Assembly (NCBI RefSeq): GCF_000315625.1
Contig: NW_005434666.1
Location: forward strand, 946,333 to 1,010,332
Length of the DNA: 64,000 nt
Origin: Guillardia theta CCMP2712
Taxonomy: Eukaryota > Protista > Cryptophyta
Direction of reading: 5' to 3'
This document shows, one piece after another, positions 11,507-23,028 of this stretch. A program made the translations under genes and the position numbers. The notes beneath the pieces are model-generated. The model worked only from the letters and a program-made list of their open reading frames with translations. It made no database searches and was not told the origin of the DNA. Position 1 is the stretch's first letter. Every line of letters starts with the position of its first letter.

Positions 11507-12202
11507 TCTTCTTACACCCGCTTCATCCCTCATGGTTCTGTCAGAGCGCCCTTGAGAAGATGAGGCAGAAACTCGTAGCAGCGCTCAAATCAGGTTCCTC
11601 TCATGACCAGAGGAGGAGTGTAACCTGTGGCAAGGGAACACGCTTGTCCTCCGACTGTCCAACTCTACTCCCGACCTTGAAGTCGTCTCCTCCATCTCCT
11701 CCTCATCTCGTCGCTGATGGATCTTGACAGGCGTACAAGTCCGACGAGTTCTTTCCCTCAATCCTCTTCGACTGCCACGTGGAGGAGGTAAGGGGCTCAG
11801 CCTCCTCAGCCCTGCACGTAACGACTGGCTCCAGGTTGAGGAGCAGGCCGAAGAGCAAGTCTACGGTGGATTTGGAGGGAAGGCGAGCGAAGGTAAGGAG
11901 GAGAAGGTGGAACGGAGGGTGACAGCGAGCAAGGGCCAGGAAAGAACCGTCTCAAGACGAAGGCTGTGTTCGACGTGTGCGGGAAGGAATGGCTGAACAA
12001 GCTCTTCCGTGAGCAGGACAAGGAGTCTGGCATAGCAGTGGTAGGATCATGCCATCGCGTCTTGCTTCCCTGAAGCTCCTGACAGAGTCGAGACGGATTC
12101 AAGATCATCGTTACCACCAACCTCAGCCCGGCAGAGATCAGCAGCAAACTCTCTTCCTCCCTCCCTCTCTCCAAGTGCATGATACTTGAGGTGAAGGAGT
12201 GA
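9145..12202 (+). CDS. Multi-exon protein with a WW-like segment and two copies of an IQANK1-C-terminal-like alpha/beta domain
   Basis: ATG 9145. WIRTL..YLYIHTSTYQMQGTRPEDF is WW-like. Repeated module GKVPLLL / GKIPVISDPTENTDTFFAFQ..LEKMRQKLVAALKSGNTLVLRL..FFPQILFD..FKIIVTT..LPLSKCMILEV; TGA 12200-12202. Confidence 0.55.
9742..9900. repeat. (CCTGC)n / (CCTCCCCTG)n microsatellite, intronic
   Basis: Direct reading. Confidence 0.9.
11400..11505. repeat. (CTGCTC)n microsatellite, intronic
   Basis: Direct reading. Confidence 0.95.
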
Positions 12203-12325
12203 TGATTAGTTTCAATGATTATTTTCAAACTTCTTTAAACCAAGAGTTCGGTGCCTCCATTGAACTTTTACATTTGACAACTTACCCCTGTTACCTTTCG
12301 TTTCAAACTAACACTTGCGTTGCCT

Positions 12326-14776
12326 TCACTTGGGAAACGAGGGACGACGGGATATGTCGAAGGGGTTGATAAAATCTGTAGGCAGCATCCCAAACGTAGG
12401 AGCTCCGGCTGATCTTACTCCTGTCGCACCAAACGATGAGGCTCCACCAGCCGCTGCCGCAGCAGCCGCCGCCGCCACAGTAGCTACCGCAGCAGCAGCT
12501 ATATCGCCATGCTGGTTCTCTCCCTCTCCCTCGATGTGGGTGAAGCGATTGTTGGGCATCAGCGTTGAAAGTCGAGCTTGATTCGCATACAGCCCATGGA
12601 ATGCCCCGAGAAAAGGTTGAAGCACCGGAGGCTGCGGCGGCAACGCCACCAAACGAGAGGGAAGCGGCTGAATGTCTACAGCTGGCTGCATCCGACCCTG
12701 CACGGTGCTGAAGGCAGAAGGACCGGCATCCGCCTGTCCTCTATCTCCTGAATTCAGGAAAGACTCGCGAATCTGCTGCAAGGAGGAGGCGAGGGAGATA
12801 GATTCAGTGTTCAAGGCCTCGGTGCCTGACCGGGGCATCATGATCCTGTTGGCAGCGCCTGTCAGTTGTTCTGGCTCCCCTGAGCTGAAGGTTGCGAGCT
12901 GCTCTTTGGCACGTGACATTCGCACAGCTTCCGCCGCCTCGACCAGCGGCGCAAACCTCTTTTCCAACGCCTTGGCGAACAGGCTCAACTTTTGTCGTCC
13001 TGCATCTGTCTTGACCATGGAAGCGATAGTTTGCTGCCATGAGATCAACATCTGGTATTCTTTCTCCTCTCAATCTCACCATGTCATCCTCGGGAGCGTC
13101 CTTCAACAGCGTGTCACCGTCTCGGTAATCGCCCATATCATAAGCAAATGGTCGGCACGTTGCTGGATCTATCTTTTGTCTTGCATTGTATTCTTCTGGC
13201 GTACACTGCAGACAAGGCATTAGTAGCTATGAGGGAGGGTAAGTAGACCATCTATTACCACTATCATAAAGTGTCGAATGGCTTCTGACCTTCCTAACCA
13301 ATCAAACTGCTTCTCGGTGACATGTCGCACCCTGGCTCGCAGCAGGTGAGGAGACGACAGATCAAAGTACTCACTAGTCACTCACAAGGCATATCCCGAG
13401 GTCGGACCGATACATCTAAACCTTGCATACCTCGTGCATGTATGTTGCTTTGATCGAAGTATCTGAAGATGAGAGTCAGAGCGAGTTACAAGCTCCCTTG
13501 CGTACATCATCCATGCAGTAGCACAGCCAGTCGAACTGTGACATGTGCAATGGAACCTCGCGATTCGCAAGACGAGCAAGCATTTCCTGTAGCACTCAAC
13601 TCAAACCCTCTGGACGCGTTCAGGTCAAGATCGGCTAACCTCTTTGTGCATGCCATTCAGTTTTGCCAAAGTGTTAGAGACGAAGACATCGTCCCTTTTA
13701 TCCGATGTCGGATTCCACCTCAATCTCAACACTCCGGCATGCTCGGAGCTTTCCCAAATCTTGTTTTCCAAATCTTCTACGATCTCTCTGTCAGAATTTA
13801 TCTTGGATGCGTCGCTGAGTTGAGTGATCTCTTTGGGCACTTTCCTGGCCATAGCAGCCTACGAGCTCAACATCAACATGGCTCCGAAAGCCAGCGGGAA
13901 TCATATTCATACCATTCTTTCTTTCACGAGTACATCTAGAGCTGACAATCCTCGTCTCATGACCGCTTCCAAATCAGGCGGAAGATTTGCAAAAATGTCT
14001 AACAAAGACTTTTGACAGGTTCCAAACTCCCAACACCTGCATCATACTTGATCAGTAGATCTCCAACAACGAGTCCGTTGACCTCCTCAAAACACCATGC
14101 GCCCAACCACGGTCTTTCATCACTTCGCTAAGCAAGCACTCCTGCTTCAAAAACTTTTCGTCGTAAGCGAAGGAGAGATTTCCTCTGAACCTGATCGAAG
14201 ACCGTCAATAGATTATAGAACACCTCTGAGTTGCTATCACCCTATCGGCCTTTCAATCTCCCCACTGTCCTCCTCTCGCACATTCCGAACGGCAAGAGAT
14301 AGTTCATCGCCCCTCGAGTCTGCCGACTGCAAACACGAGTCTCCCTTTCCCAACCGCTTGCATCTCCCACATGGTCGCGACTCATCACATTTCACTTTGG
14401 ATCGACGGCACTGCAGACATGCACGCGAAACCTGTTTCCTCTTCGGCTTTGACAGCAAGAACGCGCTCTCTTGGTCGTTCAGGTACCAGTTCTCGTCCTC
14501 ATTCGGAGCGTTGGGGTCTGAACTGGAGGACCGGCAGGTCACTGCATCTCCATTGCGCACACAGAAGCTGCATGGCCGTCTATCATCGCACTTCACCTTG
14601 GACTTTCTGCATGCTTCACATGCTTTCTGCACATGCCTCCTCTTGTGCTTTCTTTGTTCGTCGCCGGGCCCATCCGTCGGAGAAAGTTGATCAAGAGACA
14701 CTGGTACCCTCGCACCCTCCTGATCTGCCGCACTTCCCCGTGCTTGCTGGGTCTCCTCGAAATCAGATTTGGCCAT
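12326..14776 (-). CDS. Zn(II)2Cys6 (GAL4-type) transcription factor with two tandem zinc clusters
   Basis: ACEACRKSKVKCDDRRPCSFCVRNGDAVTC and ACLQCRRSKVKCDESRPCGRCKRLGKGDSC. Downstream minus-strand exons end in an Ala/Pro-rich tail. Internal exon structure only partly resolved. Confidence 0.85.
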
Positions 14777-15331
14777 GATGCGCCTCCCCTCTAAATCAAA
14801 ACCATGGCCCAGCGATCTGGACAAACCGCGTCAAATAAGTGTCGTACAAAGAAGCAAAGAAGCATTGGGCTACAAATTTCAAAGGTTATCAACACCAAGG
14901 TTCTTGGACTAGCGGGCAAACAGAGATTTAAGTTCGCTAAAGAAAACTTCATCCTTTGGACGATCTGCCCTGATGATTCCAATGTTGACAACATTTCTCA
15001 GTTACGCCTTGGGAGAAATGATGAAGGAGGGAGCGCGCGTGCGTGCGGGGGGGATGCGTTTTCTTTCGCCTACTGCATTCTTTCCCTTTTGGCACTCACG
15101 AGATCAGTTTTCTACCTTGCTGCTTTCATCTTCCTCCCAACCATTCCCATCGCTCTCCTGCTTCTCCTCCATCAGGTGCATGAACTGCACTACCCCGCCT
15201 TCAGTCACCTGTACCACCCCACCCTACTCGGAACGAACGGATATTCCCCCTCTCCTGATTTAAAACCAACTTTGAGTAAAATGGAATGAGTTGTCAACAG
15301 GCAGCTTTGTTGATGTTTTTGAGGATAAAAC

Positions 15332-15498
15332 AGGGAGGGAGGGAGGGAGGGAGGGAGGGAGGGAGGGAGGGAGGGAGGGAGGGACGGAGGGAGGGAGGGA
15401 CGGAGGGACGGAGGGAGGGACGGAGGGACGGAGGGACGGAGGGAGGGAGGGACGGAGGGAGGGACGGAGGGACGGAGGGAGGGAGGGAGGGAGGGAGG
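15332..15498. repeat. (GAGG/GACG)n microsatellite
   Basis: Direct reading. Confidence 0.95.
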
Positions 15499-16693
15499 AT
15501 GACAGCGGAGAGAAGGAGCATGATCGGTGAGGGAGGGAGGAGATATGGTGAAGCATTTTTCTTGAGAGCAGACACTTAGATGCTTTCCACTGTTTGAACC
15601 TGCAGATTTGGTTCGTTGCTGTACGAAAAATAGTTGAGCAAAACGTGACATGTTACTTGAACCTAGAACGTACCCCTTTGATACTTGACTCTTAATATTC
15701 CTTTGCGAAATATGCTCATGGAGAACCTTGTTTGCTCCACGTGGCTTGTTTCGGATCATGGATATAGTCATAAATTGATGGGAAGATCAAGGAGAGAAAC
15801 GTGAATACTGACGAGGGCAGCAGTCTTGACCAAAGAAGGTGGCTAGGTACTTCGTTCTTGCACACGATCAGGCAGAAAATCATTTTTTTTTCCAAACATC
15901 ACCTTGAAAGCTCGAGGGTGGCACATACCCTAACTTCGAGGCTGGTTGATGTCAAAGACCATATGTGTCAGCATCAACCATTCTATCTTTAAGATGCTCC
16001 GATCCAAATCCGCAAAACAGGTTTGTGTTGTCGTATTTTCTTTTTGGAGCCAAAAACTCAAAACGCCATATTCGCAGCGTGAGCAGAAGTGGGTTGATTC
16101 GGTTCCTGTTTTCTGTTTATTCTTCTTTTCCGATTAAAGGATTGTTTTGTTTTGTCTCGTATGGCCACAAACTGAGATTTAGAGCACTATTGTTATCTCC
16201 TTAACTGCATGCATGATTCACCTGGCATTACCAAATCTTGCCACAGGATGGACGATGAACTTTTAATCTTGTTGTTTCTTTTACCTGAGTGCAACTCGTC
16301 CGACTCTTGATGAATAGAAGTGCTGCTTCTAGACATATTTTCAAATGCAAACTCTTGATTCCTGCTAGTCTAATGCGTCAATGAAGGGAAAAGCGTGGGA
16401 TAGAGGAGCAATCTTTGTTTTTGATCATCGATCTAGTTGGCTTTTTGACCAGTTTACAACAAAATGGCCATGCTATGCGCCAAGAATAAATTTGAGGTTT
16501 GTAATCAAAACTTTTTTAAAACGACAGAGACGCTCATATTTTGCAAGGATAGAAGTATGATAGAAGAATTCTTGTCCAATGAGATGCTGACGACGATCAA
16601 CCAATCATGACAGGTGTGATAATGTACAACAAAGGTCCACCACACAGGCGGATTTTGACATAGATACTGAGGTAAGACTTTGCCTTCACGTGA

Positions 16694-17149
16694 TCATGTC
16701 TTATCTGTTAAACAGTGGCTGCAACAAACGGGAAACTTCATGCTTTCTGTTCTGCATGAACTAATCTTGAAGTGATCAGTATTTCCCACCCGCAGTGAAA
16801 GTGTATCTTCTGGTTCATCCTTGAATGAGGGCGATTCTGCCCGTGTTGCATAGTAAAGGTTTTCAGCAATATCCTGCATACTCTGTATGCTAGATCTGCG
16901 AGAAACAGATCGACTACGATCACCTCCAGTCTTCTTGAGAATAATCTCTTTCGCAAGCCATCTTACAGCTTCGTCCTTTCCGACTGACTTGGCAAGTTCC
17001 AAAAACAGGTACAAATCCGCGTTTGACAACGGGCCATTTAGCAACTCTCTTGCCACATTTCCGTTGCATGCTGCCTCCTTCTGCCCCTTCTTCATCCCAC
17101 CGGTCTCTCTCGCCCGTCCTCGGCTGTTGGCTCTTTCGTTCGGCGCCAT
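16694..17149 (-). CDS. Hypothetical protein, first exon (probably continues toward ~15600)
   Basis: ATG-started 151-aa frame with protein-like composition; no family recognised. Confidence 0.4.
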   Translation of the reverse strand: MAPNERANSRGRARETGGMKKGQKEAACNGNVARELLNGPLSNADLYLFLELAKSVGKDEAVRWLAKEIILKKTGGDRSRSVSRRSSIQSMQDIAENLYYATRAESPSFKDEPEDTLSLRVGNTDHFKISSCRTESMKFPVCCSHCLTDKT

Positions 17150-18099
17150 GAGTGTTATGTGCCCAAAGACGACCTTCTGCGGCTGTCCTTGTTTTTTGCT
17201 TTTCTAAAATGATGATTTATGATTATTACCCATTGTAAGTTTATAAATCAATAACCTTTTCACACCACCCGTAGTTTTCATATTATGGTACCCCTCCCCT
17301 CTGTAAGCATTGTCCTCCGGACATTTTTGAATACTCGTCCTACCCCTTCGTCAATTCCGACTGGTTGAGTTCTTGAGATCAGAACCCCTTCCTTTTCCAC
17401 AATTAGTGTGCAAACATATACCCCTCCTTCGCAACATGACCTACCCACCATCCATCTATATGGTATTTCAAAAACTCATTTTAAAGACTGGTCCTACCAT
17501 GGATCTGCGCAACCTGATCCAATCTCGAGCTGGAGCAAACATCGCTCGACTTTTTGGGCCCCCCTCCCCGACGTGCACCCTCACCCCCCACCCCCCATCC
17601 TCCTGATCAAAAGCAGGAACTCCAGGGGGTACATTAAAGCAATGTCCGAACCAATTGACATGTCCAGCATTGAGATTACCACATGTCAGCAAGGACGGAG
17701 GACCGGCTGTAGTAAAGACAATCTTCCAACGAAGAAGCTCTGTAATACAACGTTTCGGAACGTTCTGACAGAGCAGTGCTGAAAACACTCCTTTCACATC
17801 AATCTTGCGGTGCAATCAAGGTCAGCCAAGGGGTTCACCCTTTTATAGATGATTTTCTACCCCAACTCCCACTCCGAAGAACCAATGTCAATTCAGTACC
17901 CGTCTCGTATCCATGCATCCCCTCTAAATAGTACGGGTCCGCGTTGCTCGACCTACCCCCACCCATCAATCTCTTGAAGAAGAAAAAGTCGCACAAAAAT
18001 AACCCGCCTCAGTGGCGTTCGATCGTGCCCAAAAAAACTTCAACGCCGGGAGTCCACCGTGTATCTAGCATTTTACTCAAAAGTCAAGTCCGGTACTGA

Positions 18100-18650
18100 T
18101 TGCGCCGTGCGCAGCCCCGGCGACTGATGACTCGATGATCTTCACAATGACGGTCTGTCTGGTCACGGCGCGGCTCGACCGAGTTGCCCGGCCGGTCGCC
18201 GCGGGCCCGGAGTCGGCGGCGTCAGTCACTCACTCTCATTTCTGGTGGGCCCGCCTCAGTTGAAGGAGTCAATTTACTCAAATCATGTTTGGTTCTCGCT
18301 GTCTTTTCTCTTCTCGCCGTTTGGCCTGTGCGACAGTGTCAGGGGCAAGCCCGCGCGCCTCCTCGACTCCCTTGACGATTGTCCTCGTGAGTGATTTTTA
18401 ACTTACTAGTTAACTTTGAGTAAAGAAGACTGAGTCAGTGATGATAGAGCGGCCCGGCGATGATTTCCACTGCCGTGGGACTGTTTGCCCTAGGCTACTG
18501 TCACTGAGTCACGGCCCGGGCCCCACGGACCGTACCGGTACTAGACTGAGTCGGACCATGCGGACTCAGGGCCCGGTGAGCCTCGGAGTACCGGCCTGGC
18601 CGGCCCGGCGGCCGGGCCGAGCGGCGGGCGCCGGCGCTGCTGGCAACTTG
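18100..18650. promoter_or_regulatory. GC/CCG-rich island with TGAGTCA motifs (18431, 18505) between divergent genes
   Basis: Same motif vocabulary as the other islands; lies upstream of the BRO1 gene. Confidence 0.5.
18287..18425 (+). repeat. Dispersed ~140-bp repeat, copy 1 (matches 53528-53639)
   Basis: GTTTGGTTCTCGCTGTCTTTTCTCTTCTCGCCGTTTGG..TGTGCGACAGTGTCAGGG..GATTGTCCTCGT..GATTTTTAACTT..AACTTTGAGTAAAG is shared with the 53.5-kb copy. Confidence 0.9.
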
Positions 18651-19178
18651 AAGGTATGATCGATAAGTGAGAGGTATAGTTGATACATGATCGGTTTTAC
18701 ACAGCCAACTTTGCTGCTACAGCGACTGGTGGATAGACAAGACGAGGCTGAGAATGCGGAGGAGGCACGATGAAGCAAAAAGTGGAAGGGTGCTCGATGA
18801 GAGCGAGAGCATGCATGCGGAGATGAGATGAGAGATGAGATGAGATGCGATGATGAATGTAGGAGACCGTTTTAGGACTAGGAGGAGAAGAGAGGCAAGG
18901 AAGAGGTTTTGGATTCAACACACAATGAACAAGGTTGAGAAAGCAAATTAGCGGATATGAAGAGGAAGATGGCAGGGGATCATGCAATGAAATGCAGTTT
19001 GAAGGGGAGAGCAGGAAAAGTAAGTCACTTAATCCGAATGAGTTCGGTTTTCGGCAAACACAGTTCTCAAACAAGGCGTAGTGCAGATCAAATAACTGTT
19101 TTGTTCGCAGGAGCTCCCGATGGCTTAATTCGTGGAACGGGTACCTGCACAAAATCTCTGGAGGCTGCGAGTGAAGAC

Positions 19179-20663
19179 ATGCCCACGGTCGAATGTCCTG
19201 CGTATACGAGGATAGCAGAGGATGTGGAGCTGGGGAAAAACTTGATGAAATTGTTGCCGCCTTCAGAGTCAGTGTCGCGCCAGTTCATCACAGCATGCAA
19301 CACCTTGAATTTGCAGCGTCAAGAAGTTCGCAGGAGTTTGGATCGAGATTGGAATCAGCAGGTTCACCGAGCAGCAACTCAAGACAGCCTCGTCAAGTAT
19401 TATGCCCACCTCACCACCCCTCCCCTTTCTGTTGTTGACTTAGCAAGGCTCAACGTGAAGTTCAAGTGGAAAGACAGCATTGGCTACTCTAAAGCCGCCA
19501 GAGACATCTCTGGTGAGCTGGAGAAGAACAATCTCATCTACAACATCGGCGTTGCTTCTTCCTACCTCGCTACAGAGGTGTTGGTGAGCAATAGGTTGTG
19601 AGCAGCTCGCCCTCTGACTGTTGCTCGTATCCCCAGCAGCAGTCTGACAATGCATCTCGATTCGTTATCGCTAAGCGACACTTCGAAGAAGCTGCAGGAG
19701 CCTTTTGGCATGTGCGGCAGCGCATCATGCACGAGTCGGCTCCAGCTGGCCTCACAGCCGACAAGATGAATTTGGAGCTGAGGATAGAGAGCCTGGACGC
19801 GCTGATTGCTGTGATGCTCTCTTATGCTCTTCGATGCGTCTACGAGAAGGCAAAGATGGACAACAGCCCCCCAAAGATCTTAGCTCGACTTGCACATAAG
19901 GTCAAACAGATGCACTCTCTTTGGTAGAAGTTGACTGGTATGAAGGTTGCTGCATCCTACAATGCATCTGCAGGCTGCATGCAAGAGGCAGTGAGGATGA
20001 AGCAAGGCTTGGACAAGATGTACACGAGTTGGCAGCAGGTGATGCAAACTTTTGTCTCTGTGATGCAAGGGGACGCTGATGGGATTGTGTGCGCAAAGTA
20101 TCTTGAGTTCGAGTATGAGTACTACCTAGCGCAGGTGAGCTTCTTCGAGGCAGAATACTTTCAAGAGCTCATCATCTTTATGCAGGCACGTTTGCATTCT
20201 GCAGACGTAGATGAGCCAGCGATGTTCCCTGCCAAGGTCTTGCTTGAACGTTCAAGATTGTGCTGCAGAGCAATAAATGTTGGTACAGCATCGAGTTCAT
20301 GTTCAGCTTGCAAAAGAGATGATGGAAAGACTCTACGCTGCCTCGAATAGGTTTTGCGACCCCTGGGTCTTCTGATCTTCTGATGTTGTCATGATAAGTA
20401 CATCATCCAAACTGGTCTGTGCTGCCAAGATCTTCAAAAAGGTATTTGATGCAATACATCGTTCTTGAAGTTTGTCCCCTGAGAGGTATGCAATGTGCAG
20501 CATCGGCCTGATTTGCTGAAAGAGAAGACTGCTGTTGAAGGTATTTGGAGTGGGACATTTATCTTGCATGGAATGATGTTGACGACGACGACGACGACGA
20601 CGACGACGATGATGATGATGATGATGATGATGAAGATGATGATGATGATGATGATGATGATGC

Positions 20664-20742
<79 letters not shown>

Positions 20743-22884
20743 ATTGAGTGATAAGAAATCAGCAGAACGTATCTCCTACAGTTCAAAAGCAGAAGATGAC
20801 ATGAATTTTTGCAGGACGGTACAACAACTTTGAGAAAGATGTTCGAGGGATGGTTTATGGAATGGTGGAGGTGACGAGAATCTCTGCCTCATCATCTCAG
20901 AGTTTTGAAACAAACCCGTCAGAAGTTGGACGTGTCTCAAGTCGAGCTCTACCCTCCTGCTTCTGTGAATGCTACCCACAAGGTTCGACCTTCTCATTCC
21001 TCTCTACCACCAGATTTGATCTGTTCATGCATTGGCAGCCTTTTGAAGAAACTTTCAAGTTCGAGGGGCCCGTGCTCTTTGAGGGTGCCGATACTCAACT
21101 TTCGAGGATTCGGATTGACCGTTTCGAACGTAGGGGTTGTCTTTGTGGAAGGGCGGGCAAGGAGGGAAGTCAAGATCGGTAGGAGCATGAGAGCTTGTTT
21201 CTTGTTTTCGATCTGCCGCTGACAGTTGTTGTCGTCCAGAGATTTCGGATAGCAGCGAGGAAGAGATTCAGGAGAACGACAGAGAAGATGTTGATTGACA
21301 GATTTCCGCTAGCATCCAGTGATTCATCTTCACAGAGCGAACCGGAGGAGGATGCAAACAATCAAGAAGAAGTTGCTCGTCCTGCTGTTGAGAGAGATCG
21401 AGAGCTGCTCGCCATCCCGCAAGGTTTGTTCCGACATGATCTGAAATGTTGTTATGCTCCAAGATCTCGTTGACACAAATCCCCAAAATAACTTGTTGGA
21501 AGTCAAGCTGACACATGAAATCACTTGCTGTGTGGCTTTTGTCTCGTTGTTCGTTGAGAATGGAACTGTTTCTCACCCGCCTCTACGAACAGAAGACATC
21601 ATCGGATCAGAGTTGCAGAGAGCTGGGCTGATAGGTGACGAGCATACCCCTTCCTCCTGATCCTCACCACTGACATCCCTCTCGTGGCAGACAAGGAAAA
21701 TTCCGAGACACAGTAAGGGGACTCTTCCTCCCCTTGTCTCAGACTCACTGGTCAGCAGCACAAGCTCGTCGCCCAAACCGAGGTACGACCCTGCAAGAAG
21801 CAGCAGAACCTTCGGAGGGAAAGGACATGTTGTAGCGGACGACGACGATGACCCCGCGGTCATTAGCGACAAGGTGAGACAACAACAAGTTGCTGTCCTC
21901 TCCTCTGATTGCATCTGCCCCGCACCCCCCTCTCCCCAACGCACTCTCAGACTCGGAAGGCTGCTGAAGAGGCGGCGGCGGCTGCAGCGGCGGCGGCGGC
22001 GGCGGCAGCAGCAGCAGCTGAGCGAGGAGGAGGAGGAGCAGGAGGAGAAGGAGGAGGGAGCGCTGTGAACCGGACACATGATCCACACGAGTGGAGGGTG
22101 AGGCACGTCGGAGGGTCTCAAGAGGAGTGAACAAGTGGCAGAGCGAAGCGACAGCAAGACGCGAGCGAGTCGAGCAAGACAGGGCCAACAACTCGCGCCC
22201 TCCTCCAGCGTACCAGGAAGAGCAAGTGCCGCAGCCGCAGCCGCCGCAGCAGAATCAGCAGGGTGAGTTTGATGCGGATGTTTGTATTTGGGAATGACGG
22301 ATAGACGAAGCAGAGCAAGTGAACAGGTCAATCACTCGGTGATGACGGCGATGCTCGAGAAGCTGTTGCGTGACTGCCTGACAGTGAACCTCCTGCTTCC
22401 TCTTCTGCCTCCGATACCCGCAGGAGAGCCGTGCGTATCGACGTGAAGCGTAAGTCCATGGTGGTTCAGAGTGAGGGGAAGAGTGAGGGAAGAAAGAGGA
22501 GGAGGAGGGGAGGAAGGGGAGGGGAGAAGAAGGGGATGGACAAACATTTTAGGAGGATAAGGTTGAGAATAATTGAGAAATGGGAGGTAGATGAAGATTT
22601 ATCCGAGTTTCTGAGGATGCAGAGGAGGAGAAAACCCTGACAAGCTGTTGGTCTGAGCAGAGATAGACATGCAGCCGGGGGACATCGCAGCTCCTGGTTA
22701 CGTCTTCGGAGGGATCGCCCCCTGTGGGATTCCCTTCTACGTTTGTCAGGCAAGGCTTCCATTGATGCTGAGCTGTTTGGTGACGTCTGTCTTGCAGGCT
22801 ACCAACCAGTCAGTCTGGGAGTTGCCATCTCCTTCTCATCTAGTTGCAGGTACCATGAACAATGGTTGTAGTGATGATGATGGC

Positions 22885-22925
<41 letters not shown>

Positions 22926-22986
22926 GGAGGAGGAGGAGGAGGAGGAGGAGGAGGAGGAGGAGGAGGAGGAGGAGGAGGTTTTTGAT

Positions 22987-23028
<42 letters not shown>

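Noticed and set aside
18438-18507. C/D-box snoRNA (GTGATGA ... CTGA)
   Set aside because: No convincing terminal stem or recognisable rRNA guide; the boxes overlap TGAGTCA motifs that are common in these islands.
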